NCBI GenBank assembly: GCA_039586795.1
Contig: JBDHJS010000006.1
Span: 1-64,000, forward strand
DNA length: 64,000 bases
Origin: Gemmatimonadota bacterium
GTDB taxonomy: Bacteria > Gemmatimonadota > Gemmatimonadetes > Palauibacterales > KS3-K002
Reading direction: 5' to 3'
Positions 1-8,590 of the stretch are shown piece after piece. The notes under the pieces were generated by a model. It saw only the letters and a list, made by a program, of their open reading frames with translations, ran no database searches and was not told where the DNA came from. Made by a program: the position numbers and the translations under genes. Every line of letters starts with the position of its first letter. The first letter of the stretch is position 1.

Positions 1-62
1 CTATGATCCCAGATTGGTCCGCTGTACCTCACGTGGCGATCCACTGAACAGGAGCGAGCGGT

Positions 63-992
63 ATGAAACTCACCCGTCGTGAGATGCTGAAGCTGTCCGC
101 CGGCGCCGGTGCCGCAGTAGCATTCCAGGGCCTAACCGGGTGTGCGGGGCGTCAGCCGGCGCTGATGCGGCGACCGATTCCTTCAAGCGGCGAAGAGATG
201 CCGGTGGTCGGTGTGGGTACGGCCAGGACCTTCAATGTCGAGCCGACCGAAGAGGCACTGGCGCCGTTGCGCGACGTCATGATGAAGTTCGTCGAGATGG
301 GCGGCACGCTGCTGGACACGGCGACGGGTTACCGTAACTCAGAGATGATTTCCGGCTTGTTGGCGGAACAGACCGGTGTGAACGATCAACTATTCATAGC
401 GACAAAGGTCGGGGCGGATGACACGGCGACCGGCCAACAGCAGATGGAGCAATCGTTCAGCCTGCTGAAGCGTGACGTCATCGATCTCATGCAGGTCCAT
501 AACCTGCGGAACTGGCGGGAGCAGCTGGCCATGTGCCGCGACTGGAAAGCGGCGGGTCGCTTCCGCTACATCGGCATCACCACGTCGAGCACGCGGCAGT
601 ACGATGACTTCGTGGCGGTGATGGAGCAGGAAGAGATGGACTTCATTCAGGTGAACTACTCGCTGGGGCAGCGGACGGCGGAAGAACGCATTCTACCGTT
701 GGCCGCCGATCGCGGCATGGCGGTGCTGGTCAACTTGCCGTACGGCCGCGGCCGGTTGTTCCAGGCGGTAGAAGGCCACGAGCTACCGGGGTGGGCGGCC
801 GAGTTCGATGCGAATAGCTGGGGTCAGTTCTTCCTCAAGTGGATCATCGGGCATCCTACAGGGCCGATTCCAATCCCGGCGACGACGAAGGTGCACCATA
901 TGGAAGACAATATGGGCGCGGCGTATGGTCGGATGCCGGATGAGCAGATGCGCCGTCGGATGACGGAGTTCTTCGATGAGATCGCGGGGTAG
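63..992 (+). CDS. Aldo/keto reductase with Tat-type signal peptide (possible lipoprotein)
   Basis: TRREMLK twin-arginine motif, GLTGC lipobox-like; AKR motifs VGVGT, LLDTATGY, FIATK, IDLMQVHN, RYIGIT, PIPAT. Confidence 0.9.
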   Translation: MKLTRREMLKLSAGAGAAVAFQGLTGCAGRQPALMRRPIPSSGEEMPVVGVGTARTFNVEPTEEALAPLRDVMMKFVEMGGTLLDTATGYRNSEMISGLLAEQTGVNDQLFIATKVGADDTATGQQQMEQSFSLLKRDVIDLMQVHNLRNWREQLAMCRDWKAAGRFRYIGITTSSTRQYDDFVAVMEQEEMDFIQVNYSLGQRTAEERILPLAADRGMAVLVNLPYGRGRLFQAVEGHELPGWAAEFDANSWGQFFLKWIIGHPTGPIPIPATTKVHHMEDNMGAAYGRMPDEQMRRRMTEFFDEIAG

Positions 993-1014
993 TTCGACGG
1001 TCGATGACCGACGC

Positions 1015-1086
1015 GTTGAGGATTGAGGGTTAGGTGTTAGTGATTCGCAATGATCACTAGGTGTTGATTATTGGGTGTTGAGCATT
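1015..1086. repeat. Degenerate heptamer tandem repeat (RTTGAGK-like), family A
   Basis: gttgagg attgagg gttaggt gttagtg ... gttgatt attgggt gttgagc; similar to right arm of element at 59271-59351. Confidence 0.75.
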
Positions 1087-2568
1087 ATGAAGACCCTCGC
1101 CGTAACACTCCTGGCCCCTCTGATTCTAGCCCAACCGGCTCTGACCCAAACCACGGTCTACGAACCCAACTGGGATTCCATAGACACCCGCCCCACGCCC
1201 CAATGGTGGCGCGACGCCAAGTTCGGAATCTTCATCCACTGGGGCGTCTACGCCGTCCCCGCCATCTCCCCACGTGAGAACTACTCCGAGTGGTACTGGA
1301 AATGGCTGCAGGACCCGAATCGCATCGGCCCCATGGTGCGCGACTTCCATCTCGAGCACTACGGCGCCGACTTCGAATACTTCGATTTCGCACCGCTGTT
1401 CAAAGCCGAGCTGTTCGATCCCGACGAATGGGCGCGACTGTTCCAGCGATCGGGCGCGCGTTACGTCGTCCTCACATCGAAGCACCACGACGGATTTGCC
1501 CTCTGGCCCAGCGCCGAGGCGAGCGCCACCTGGGGGCGGCCGTGGAACAGCGTCGAGATCGGGCCGAAGCGCGACCTGGTGGGCGACCTCACGGAGGCCG
1601 TGCGGAACCACGGCCTCAAGATGGGCCTCTACTACTCGCTCTACGAGTGGTTCAACCCGCTGTACCTGTCCGACCCGGAAGCGTTCGCCGAGCAGCACTA
1701 CCATCCCCAGTTCAAGGACCTGATCAATCGCTACGCGCCATCGGCGATCTTCGCGGATGGCGCCTGGGATCACGACGACGAGGTGTGGCGTAGCGCCGAA
1801 GTCGTGGCCTGGCTGTTGAACGAGTCGCCCAGCGCGGATGATGTGGCGATCAACGATCGCTGGTTCCGCGGCTGTAGAGGGCAGCACGGCGGCTATTTCA
1901 CCACCGAGTATGGCTCGGGCTTCGAGAGCGGCGAGTACGCGTGGGAAGAGAGCCGCGGTATCGGTCATTCCTACGGCTACAACCGGATCGAGAACGCCGA
2001 GGACTACGCGTCGTCTCGCGAGTTGATCTACATGCTGGTCGACATCGTGAGTCGCGGCGGGAATTTTTTGCTTGATGTCGGGCCCACGGCCGACGGCCGC
2101 ATTCCCGTCATCATGCAGGACCGACTGCTCGAAGTCGGCGAGTGGTTGAGCGTGAACGGCGAAGCGATCTACGGGACGCGGGAGTGGACGCGGTCGTTCC
2201 AGTGGAGCGAAGGGACGATCCCGGAGTCACCCGAGGGTGATTTCCAGACCGGCTACGACATTCTGCAGCTAACGGTCGAACCCGCAGAAGGTGAAGCGGT
2301 GAAGGAGGCCTGGTTCACCTACAGGCCCGGTGTCCTGTACGCGATTACGCCGCTGCTCCCCTACCAGGAACTCCGTTTGAGGGACCTGTCCATCGATCAG
2401 TCCGCGTCAATCGTGTTAGTCGGATTCGACGGCGATCTGGTTTGGGAAGCCGATGGCCCTGACGTTGTCATACGTATCCCGCATGTGTCGCCAAGTGAAC
2501 TGCCGGCCGGGCCGGCCTACACGTTCCGAATCACAACAGCAAGCGCCCGGCGTGAACCGGGCGCTTGA
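1087..2568 (+). CDS. Alpha-L-fucosidase (GH29), secreted
   Basis: WWRDAKFGIFIHWG, YVVLTSKHHDGF, GLYYSLYEW, IFADG, INDRW, VSRGGNFLLDVGP; signal peptide; start moved to ATG 1087. Confidence 0.95.
   Translation: MKTLAVTLLAPLILAQPALTQTTVYEPNWDSIDTRPTPQWWRDAKFGIFIHWGVYAVPAISPRENYSEWYWKWLQDPNRIGPMVRDFHLEHYGADFEYFDFAPLFKAELFDPDEWARLFQRSGARYVVLTSKHHDGFALWPSAEASATWGRPWNSVEIGPKRDLVGDLTEAVRNHGLKMGLYYSLYEWFNPLYLSDPEAFAEQHYHPQFKDLINRYAPSAIFADGAWDHDDEVWRSAEVVAWLLNESPSADDVAINDRWFRGCRGQHGGYFTTEYGSGFESGEYAWEESRGIGHSYGYNRIENAEDYASSRELIYMLVDIVSRGGNFLLDVGPTADGRIPVIMQDRLLEVGEWLSVNGEAIYGTREWTRSFQWSEGTIPESPEGDFQTGYDILQLTVEPAEGEAVKEAWFTYRPGVLYAITPLLPYQELRLRDLSIDQSASIVLVGFDGDLVWEADGPDVVIRIPHVSPSELPAGPAYTFRITTASARREPGA
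2540..2567. terminator. Hairpin between convergent genes, possible terminator
   Basis: caagcgcccgg-cgtgaa-ccgggcgcttg perfect 11-bp stem overlapping the fucosidase stop; no long U tract. Confidence 0.5.
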
Positions 2569-2619
2569 GGTGTTGCCGAGCGACTCGCCTCGGCCGCTAC
2601 CGCTCTTGTGTCATGCTGG

Positions 2620-3060
2620 CTAGTCGAGTACCTCGTCAAACGTGCAATGCATGTTTGCCTTGCCTGACGGCGTGACTCTTATTTGAGATTTGTACGTCTC
2701 GCTTTGCCCGAACCAGTTTAGCACACAATAGAAATCTCTGAGTCCCACAGCTTCTGGGAATGGTCCACCGAAATCTTCAACGGGGAAATCGTCCCAATGG
2801 CAGCTCAGGAGGCCTCCGCCGCTGGGGTTCCGGACTAGCGTCAAGTCGGTGGTCTCGGCGCTGCCGAAGAAACAGCTGCCCACTTGATCGCCGCTGGCTT
2901 CACCCTTGTTGAGGATGATGGCTCCGTTGGGGTTGTCTCCCCCGATGACGGTGAGCGCGGGTGGCGTGACGGCCGGGACTGGTGTGTCGGTCGGACTCTC
3001 GCTACAGGCGACCAGCGCCGCAAACGAAAGTGGCACGAGGAAAAGTACGGGATGCCGCAT
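2620..3060 (-). CDS. Hypothetical lipoprotein
   Basis: Signal peptide ending LVAC; GGAGG RBS upstream; Cys-containing beta-rich body. Confidence 0.7.
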   Translation of the reverse strand: MRHPVLFLVPLSFAALVACSESPTDTPVPAVTPPALTVIGGDNPNGAIILNKGEASGDQVGSCFFGSAETTDLTLVRNPSGGGLLSCHWDDFPVEDFGGPFPEAVGLRDFYCVLNWFGQSETYKSQIRVTPSGKANMHCTFDEVLD

Positions 3061-3151
3061 GGCGGTCCCTCCTTGGGTTGGGGCTCGAAAGCTGGCTCAC
3101 CGTGGTCTGGACGGCCCGCACTGGCCTACCATGGCAGCCGATGAAGCGCCC

Positions 3152-3180
3152 AGTATGCGTGCGGGCGCCCGCGAGCGCAA
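3152..3180 (-). promoter_or_regulatory. Putative sigma70 promoter for the lipoprotein gene
   Basis: Minus strand TTGCGC-N17-CATACT. Confidence 0.45.
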
Positions 3181-3225
3181 CCCGTCGTGGGGCTTGAGAG
3201 TCTTTCGGCGCGCCCCGGGCGTGGA

Positions 3226-4542
3226 TCAACCTGTTTTCCTTTTGGACCAGAACAGATACGCCGGTACGCCCGTTGCCAGTAGGAGTATTCCTATTCCGCT
3301 GCGTACCGGGTTCGATACGATCACGCTGAGCACGATCCAGATCGCCACCAGCACGAACAAACCCGGCAGAACCGGATAGCCCGGCGTCCTGAATATCCCC
3401 TCCGGCCGCTCGCTCAACGGGTACTTCTTCCTGAAGACGAACACCGCCCCCGCCGCCAACCCAAAGAAGATCCAGTCAGCGAACACTACGTAATCGACCA
3501 GCTGGGCGTAGGTACCGGTCAGGGCCAGCGCGATCGCCCAAGCCGTCTGCAGCACGATCGCCAGCGACGGCGTCTTAAACCGGGGGTGCAGCCGCGAAAC
3601 GCTCTCGAAGAACACACCATCTGCCGCCATCGCGTAGTAGACTCGAGTAGGCGCCAGCATCGTCAGGTCGAGGAATCCAAAGGTAGATACGGCGATGGTC
3701 AACGCGATCAGCTTGTCACCAGCGGTCCCCAGCAGCGCGTTCACCGTGTCGGCGGCCGGCGTCATCGTGGAAGCCAGGCCGCCGTGCCCCAGCGTCTTCA
3801 AGTAGACGAAGTTGACCAGCGCGTACACCGTCACCACGACGCTGGTCCCCACTATGGCGGCAATCGGGATGTTACGTTGCGGGTTCTTGATCTCCTCCGC
3901 CACGTAGTTGACGTTCTGCCAGCCGCCATATGAGAACATGATGGGAACCAGCGCTGCGCCGAACGCAATCAGCAAGAAGCGCGACTCCCCGGCCATGGCG
4001 ACGGCCTCCACTGGCGCCTCCCGAACCGGCATCAACAAGCCGGCTCCGATCAGCAACACCAACGCCAGCGTCTTGAGGATCACGAACAGGTTGAGCGTGC
4101 GGCTCCCCGGCTTCACCCCCACATAGTTGATGATCGCGACGATGACGATGGCAGAGATGGCTAACGGCAATGCCGCCGCGCCCTCGCGCCCGACGAAGCG
4201 CAGCGCGTACTCGGCAAAGGTGATGGCCACCGCGGCGATGGCGCCGCACTCGATCATGAGCAACAGCGCCCAGCCATAGAGGAATCCGGCAAACGGGTGA
4301 AACGCATCGCGCAAGTAGGCGTAGTGACCGCCCGCCTTGGGGAACAGCGAGCCCAGCTCGGCGAACGCGAAGGCGCCGGCCATCGCCACGGCACCGCCGA
4401 CCAGCCAGGCGGCCAGCACCAGGGCGCCGCTGTCCAGTCGCTGGGCGACGATGTACGGGTTGATGAAGATGCCGGCGCCGATGATGCCGCCGATCACCAC
4501 CATCGTAGCGTCGAAGGGGCCGAGTGCTCGCTTGAAGGCCAA
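3226..4542 (-). CDS. APC-family amino acid permease
   Basis: GGIIGAGIF, AFAELGSLFPKAGG, FSYGGW, EEIKNP, HPRFKTP; ~12 hydrophobic segments; start reassigned to TTG 4542 after CGGAGG RBS. Confidence 0.9.
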   Translation of the reverse strand: MAFKRALGPFDATMVVIGGIIGAGIFINPYIVAQRLDSGALVLAAWLVGGAVAMAGAFAFAELGSLFPKAGGHYAYLRDAFHPFAGFLYGWALLLMIECGAIAAVAITFAEYALRFVGREGAAALPLAISAIVIVAIINYVGVKPGSRTLNLFVILKTLALVLLIGAGLLMPVREAPVEAVAMAGESRFLLIAFGAALVPIMFSYGGWQNVNYVAEEIKNPQRNIPIAAIVGTSVVVTVYALVNFVYLKTLGHGGLASTMTPAADTVNALLGTAGDKLIALTIAVSTFGFLDLTMLAPTRVYYAMAADGVFFESVSRLHPRFKTPSLAIVLQTAWAIALALTGTYAQLVDYVVFADWIFFGLAAGAVFVFRKKYPLSERPEGIFRTPGYPVLPGLFVLVAIWIVLSVIVSNPVRSGIGILLLATGVPAYLFWSKRKTG

Positions 4543-4568
4543 AGCGGACCTCCGGTTGCGCGGGTTCG

Positions 4569-7061
4569 TTACGGGTAGAGGATCAGCTCGCGTCGCGTGA
4601 ACGGGATCGGGTAGGCGGTGATCCAGACCTCGGGCACGATCTCGATCGACCCGCCCTCCAGCACCAGAACCACGGCTTCGATATCGGCGCCGATCATCTC
4701 CGGCGTCACCGGGAAGTAGTAGGTGTAGTTCTTCGCCACTCGGCGCACCGGGTATTCCCACGTGTTGCTCGGGTAGGCGACGGCGCGATTCGGCGCCCCG
4801 ACCAGCTCGCCGTCGACTCGCAGCGCGGCATACGCCTTCTCGTTGCCGTGCTCGCCGTTGATCGCAACGGCCAGGTAGCTGCCTATTGCCGCCTCATCCA
4901 GTTTGAAACTGTCCGACCAGGCGGCGATCGCTTGGACCTTCGAATACAGCGCGAACAGGTTCGAGGCGCGCCAGCGCGTCGCGCTCAACCGCCGGCCCTG
5001 ACGGTAGCCTTCGATCTCGGTCACCCGGTCGGGTCCGCCGTCGATCCGCAGGTAGCGGACCGATCGGTCCGAGGGCAAATCGATGACGAACGTTCGGGCG
5101 GAGACGGAGTCCTCTACGGTCCGCGTGGATGGCAACTCGCGGATTCGAACCGGGGACCAGTGCTCCAGATCGGCTGCGATCTCCGTCGACACGCTGTCGC
5201 GACGTACGCGGCGCGAGAATTCATCGTTGTCGAGCGTCCGGATGACGACCCGGTCGATCAGGATTCCAGCGCCGAAGTCGACCCGCAGCGCACCGCCGTT
5301 CAGTCGTAGGTCGCGGCCGAAGCTCCAGACGTCCATGTAGGTCGTCGTATCGCCATCGAAGACGAAACGATCCCACACCCCGCGCTCGACAAGCATTTCT
5401 TGGGCGATGAAGGCATCCCGTGCAGCCTGAACTTGCGGGATGAACGTCGGTCCGGAACGCTGCAGCGAGCGAATCTCCAGCGCGTTGTTGTCGGCGGCGA
5501 AGACCGTGGCCTCGTATAGCGCGTCGGCATCGGCGGGCACCTGGATTCGCTCTGGAGTCCCCAGCTTGCGGTGCCAGGGCTCGGCCAGCCGTCGACCGGC
5601 GAACATCACGGTTACCGAATCGCCAAACGCCAGATCGTCAAGCGGCTCGCCGTCCAGCGTTGCGCTTCGAAATCGTCGGCCGCCCGCGTCTAGTTGGATC
5701 GTCAACGTGTCGCCGGGCATCCCCAGAAGGTCGATCGCCACTGGCCTGGCGCTGACGTCCTGAATGACTTCGAAGTCCGCGCCACGAACGCCGACGCCGA
5801 CGATCGGCTCGTTGGTCGCCAGCAGCAGGTAGGAGCGGAAGGGAAGGACCTCCACCGTGACTCGATCGCCGGTCTCGAAACGTCCGAGAATACGTTCCGT
5901 TGGATGGAGGCTGCGCACGTGGAACGGTCCGTCCGCCGTGAGGCCGATCGATGCGTCAAGCTCCACCGTGTACGTGACGCTCTCCCAGCTGAGATTGCGC
6001 AGCGTGATCAGCCGCGCGTTGGCATCGCCACGCGACACAGCGTGGGGACCGTACCGATCTTCCGGCAGCACCATCCCACTCACCAGAATGTCGCGGTACT
6101 TGCGATGCAGGTTGAAGATGCGGGCCAGCCGTGGATACTCGTCGTCCCGCAAGAACCACGGGCTGCCGTAGAGTTGCGGCGCCAGGATGAGCGAACGGTT
6201 GAACGCCTGTAGGACCAGGTCGTCTTCCCAGTAGTCGAGGCTGGAGGAAAGGCACACGCCGTGGTCCTCGGTGAGTCGCCGCAGTTCCGGTGGCAGGCCG
6301 CGAGCCAGGGCGCCGGCCCGGTTGTGGGGCGCCGTCGTGTCGTTGTTCATCCAGACGTCGATATAGGTCTCGGCGCCTTCCCACAGGAACGTGGTGACGT
6401 AGGGCGCGGCGTGGCCCAGGTCGAGGCGATGGTTGAGAGCGATGAGGTCCGGAGCATAGCCTCGGCACTCCCGCATCAACTCGATGAACGCGTCCCGTTT
6501 TTCGGGTCGCAACTGCGTAGCAACCGCGTCGAACTTGAAGAGCTGGAAGTTGTAGTCGCGGCACAGCGAGACCATCATCTCGATCCGCTCCCGCTCCTCA
6601 GCGGGCGTCTCACCGAACCCGTCGGGCCCCGCCCAGAGACCCAGGCGAATGCCCAGCGAGTCCGCTTTCGCATACATGGGGTCGAACCCGTTGGGGAACT
6701 GGGCTTGGAACTTCTCCGTACGCGTACTGCCGTAATAGCGCGGGCCGTCGATGGCGCCGGCGTCGAACGCATAGATGTCCAGCTGCATCCCAAACTCGTC
6801 ACGCAGCCACTCGAAGAACTCCAGGTTGATCAGCGTCTGGGATTCCGTTGCCCCTTCGTTCGTGTTGTTGATCCAGGAGAAGTATTCGGCCAGAGACGGT
6901 GTGCCCTCGTCGGCGCCGGGGAAGACGGTTTCCTGCGCCAAACCGGGCGCCACACATAAGAGGACAGCCACCGTGCCGGCCGTCGTCACCGAGGTCAATC
7001 TCTTAGCACGATCGAAGGTCATCATAGCGTCGTGGGGCGAATCAGTGTTCTGCGAGCTCAT
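4569..7061 (-). CDS. Large secreted protein, probable clan GH-D-like glycoside hydrolase with C-terminal beta domains
   Basis: Signal peptide ...APGLAQ; YFSW, YAFDAG, FPNGF, GIRLGLW, FQLFKFD resemble GH27/GH36 barrel motifs; start uncertain (7061 or 7025). Confidence 0.55.
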   Translation of the reverse strand: MSSQNTDSPHDAMMTFDRAKRLTSVTTAGTVAVLLCVAPGLAQETVFPGADEGTPSLAEYFSWINNTNEGATESQTLINLEFFEWLRDEFGMQLDIYAFDAGAIDGPRYYGSTRTEKFQAQFPNGFDPMYAKADSLGIRLGLWAGPDGFGETPAEERERIEMMVSLCRDYNFQLFKFDAVATQLRPEKRDAFIELMRECRGYAPDLIALNHRLDLGHAAPYVTTFLWEGAETYIDVWMNNDTTAPHNRAGALARGLPPELRRLTEDHGVCLSSSLDYWEDDLVLQAFNRSLILAPQLYGSPWFLRDDEYPRLARIFNLHRKYRDILVSGMVLPEDRYGPHAVSRGDANARLITLRNLSWESVTYTVELDASIGLTADGPFHVRSLHPTERILGRFETGDRVTVEVLPFRSYLLLATNEPIVGVGVRGADFEVIQDVSARPVAIDLLGMPGDTLTIQLDAGGRRFRSATLDGEPLDDLAFGDSVTVMFAGRRLAEPWHRKLGTPERIQVPADADALYEATVFAADNNALEIRSLQRSGPTFIPQVQAARDAFIAQEMLVERGVWDRFVFDGDTTTYMDVWSFGRDLRLNGGALRVDFGAGILIDRVVIRTLDNDEFSRRVRRDSVSTEIAADLEHWSPVRIRELPSTRTVEDSVSARTFVIDLPSDRSVRYLRIDGGPDRVTEIEGYRQGRRLSATRWRASNLFALYSKVQAIAAWSDSFKLDEAAIGSYLAVAINGEHGNEKAYAALRVDGELVGAPNRAVAYPSNTWEYPVRRVAKNYTYYFPVTPEMIGADIEAVVLVLEGGSIEIVPEVWITAYPIPFTRRELILYP

Positions 7062-7209
7062 GAGCACCTCTGCTGGTCGAGCGGCTCAATCTGAGAATAG
7101 ACGGCCTGTTGCGCTACCGGCGCACCTTGCCTCGCTTCTCATCTTTTGAGACGTTGTCGCAGGAGACAAGCTTGACCCTGAAGGCCTCCTCAGCGAAGGG
7201 GAGGAGTTC

Positions 7210-8478
7210 ATGTCACGTTTCGAGAAACGGATCGCTCCGAGCCTTTCTCGGATCTCGGTGACAGCCGTCGTCCTCGCGGCGGTCGCGGTGGCCGCGATCG
7301 CCTTGCATGCCTTGTACACCGAGGGTACAGGGCACGCCTGGGTTTCGGCCTTCAACCCCGACTACCACGGCTTTCTCCTGGCCTTTGGGATTCTCCAACA
7401 GATCACCAGCCTGGTGGCAGGCGCTCTGGCCCTCATAGTGATTTGGCGCGCCGGCGACAGCATAGCGACCCGGACGTTTGCGCTGTCCCTTGCTTTCCTG
7501 GCTCTGAATTGGGCGACGGTCGTCAACACGGCTGGGCTCCCCAGGGATTCGATCCTCGGGCTCTGGTCCTTCGCTAATGCGTTCTCCATCGCCGGGTTCG
7601 TTCACTTCACCCTCGTGTTTCCCCGCCGCCTGACCCAGGGCGACCTGGCGCTGACGCACCAGCAGGAATCGGTTCCCCTCGGTCGGCTGGGCCGAGTAGG
7701 CGTTGCCGGACGGCTCTTCATGCTGCGTGGCGTGAACTTGATGCTGCCACGCGCGGGCCTTGGCATCGCTACTCACGAGTTCCGTCCACTCAGGGCTCTC
7801 CAGGCGACCGCTATCGATCGGCCGGCCCTCGTCTGGCTGTGCGGTGTGGCAGTTGCCGCCTACTGGTACCAGTTGGCTGGCTGGCTCTGGCGCGAAGACC
7901 GGATGATGGGAATGTATCCGACCACTGTGGCAGCCTTCGTCGGCCTGCTCTTCGGCATACTCATTCTGCTGACACCACTCGCGATGGTGGTGTCCTCTCT
8001 ACGCATCAGCTACGCGGCCTCGACCGACGAGGAGCGGCGCAAGATTCTCTGGATCGTCGAGGCGTGCGTCCTCGCCTTGTCAGCGCTGCTCGCCGTGTTC
8101 GCGTTGGCCGTGCTGAGCTACGTGACGAATTCGGCAGTTGTACGCTTTGTGGCTGAACTCGGTTTCCTGATCGGTATGCCGCTGATCTACCTGGCGTTTC
8201 TGGCGTGCCTCGCGATCGCGATGTTCTATTCCGGTGCCATAGACCCGGCACTCGTGCTACGTCGAACGGCCGTCTATGGGTCGCTGGGCGTCATTCTGAT
8301 ATTCCTGTTCGCGGGAGTGGAGGATCTCATGGCTCAGCGGTTGGCGGGTCTGCTGGGTCTACCAGCGAGCTCGAGCACCTGGATTGCCAGTGGAACGGTC
8401 GCGTTGGCCTTCGCGTTGCTACAAAAGAGGGTGAAGCGGGTGGTGGACAGATTCTCACAACGGGAGCGCGCGCGGTGA
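7210..8478 (+). CDS. Multi-pass membrane protein, no catalytic domain recognised
   Basis: GAGGAG RBS; ~10 hydrophobic segments; ERRKILW and LRRTAVYG motifs. Confidence 0.7.
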   Translation: MSRFEKRIAPSLSRISVTAVVLAAVAVAAIALHALYTEGTGHAWVSAFNPDYHGFLLAFGILQQITSLVAGALALIVIWRAGDSIATRTFALSLAFLALNWATVVNTAGLPRDSILGLWSFANAFSIAGFVHFTLVFPRRLTQGDLALTHQQESVPLGRLGRVGVAGRLFMLRGVNLMLPRAGLGIATHEFRPLRALQATAIDRPALVWLCGVAVAAYWYQLAGWLWREDRMMGMYPTTVAAFVGLLFGILILLTPLAMVVSSLRISYAASTDEERRKILWIVEACVLALSALLAVFALAVLSYVTNSAVVRFVAELGFLIGMPLIYLAFLACLAIAMFYSGAIDPALVLRRTAVYGSLGVILIFLFAGVEDLMAQRLAGLLGLPASSSTWIASGTVALAFALLQKRVKRVVDRFSQRERAR

Positions 8479-8590
8479 TTGACCACGACGCCGACCGCTG
8501 CGAGGAGCACGTCCTTCTTGGCGACCGTGCTTTGGAGTGCGAGCGGCTCAATCTTCGACCTGATGGCGGGTCGCGCTACTGGGCTTGAGA

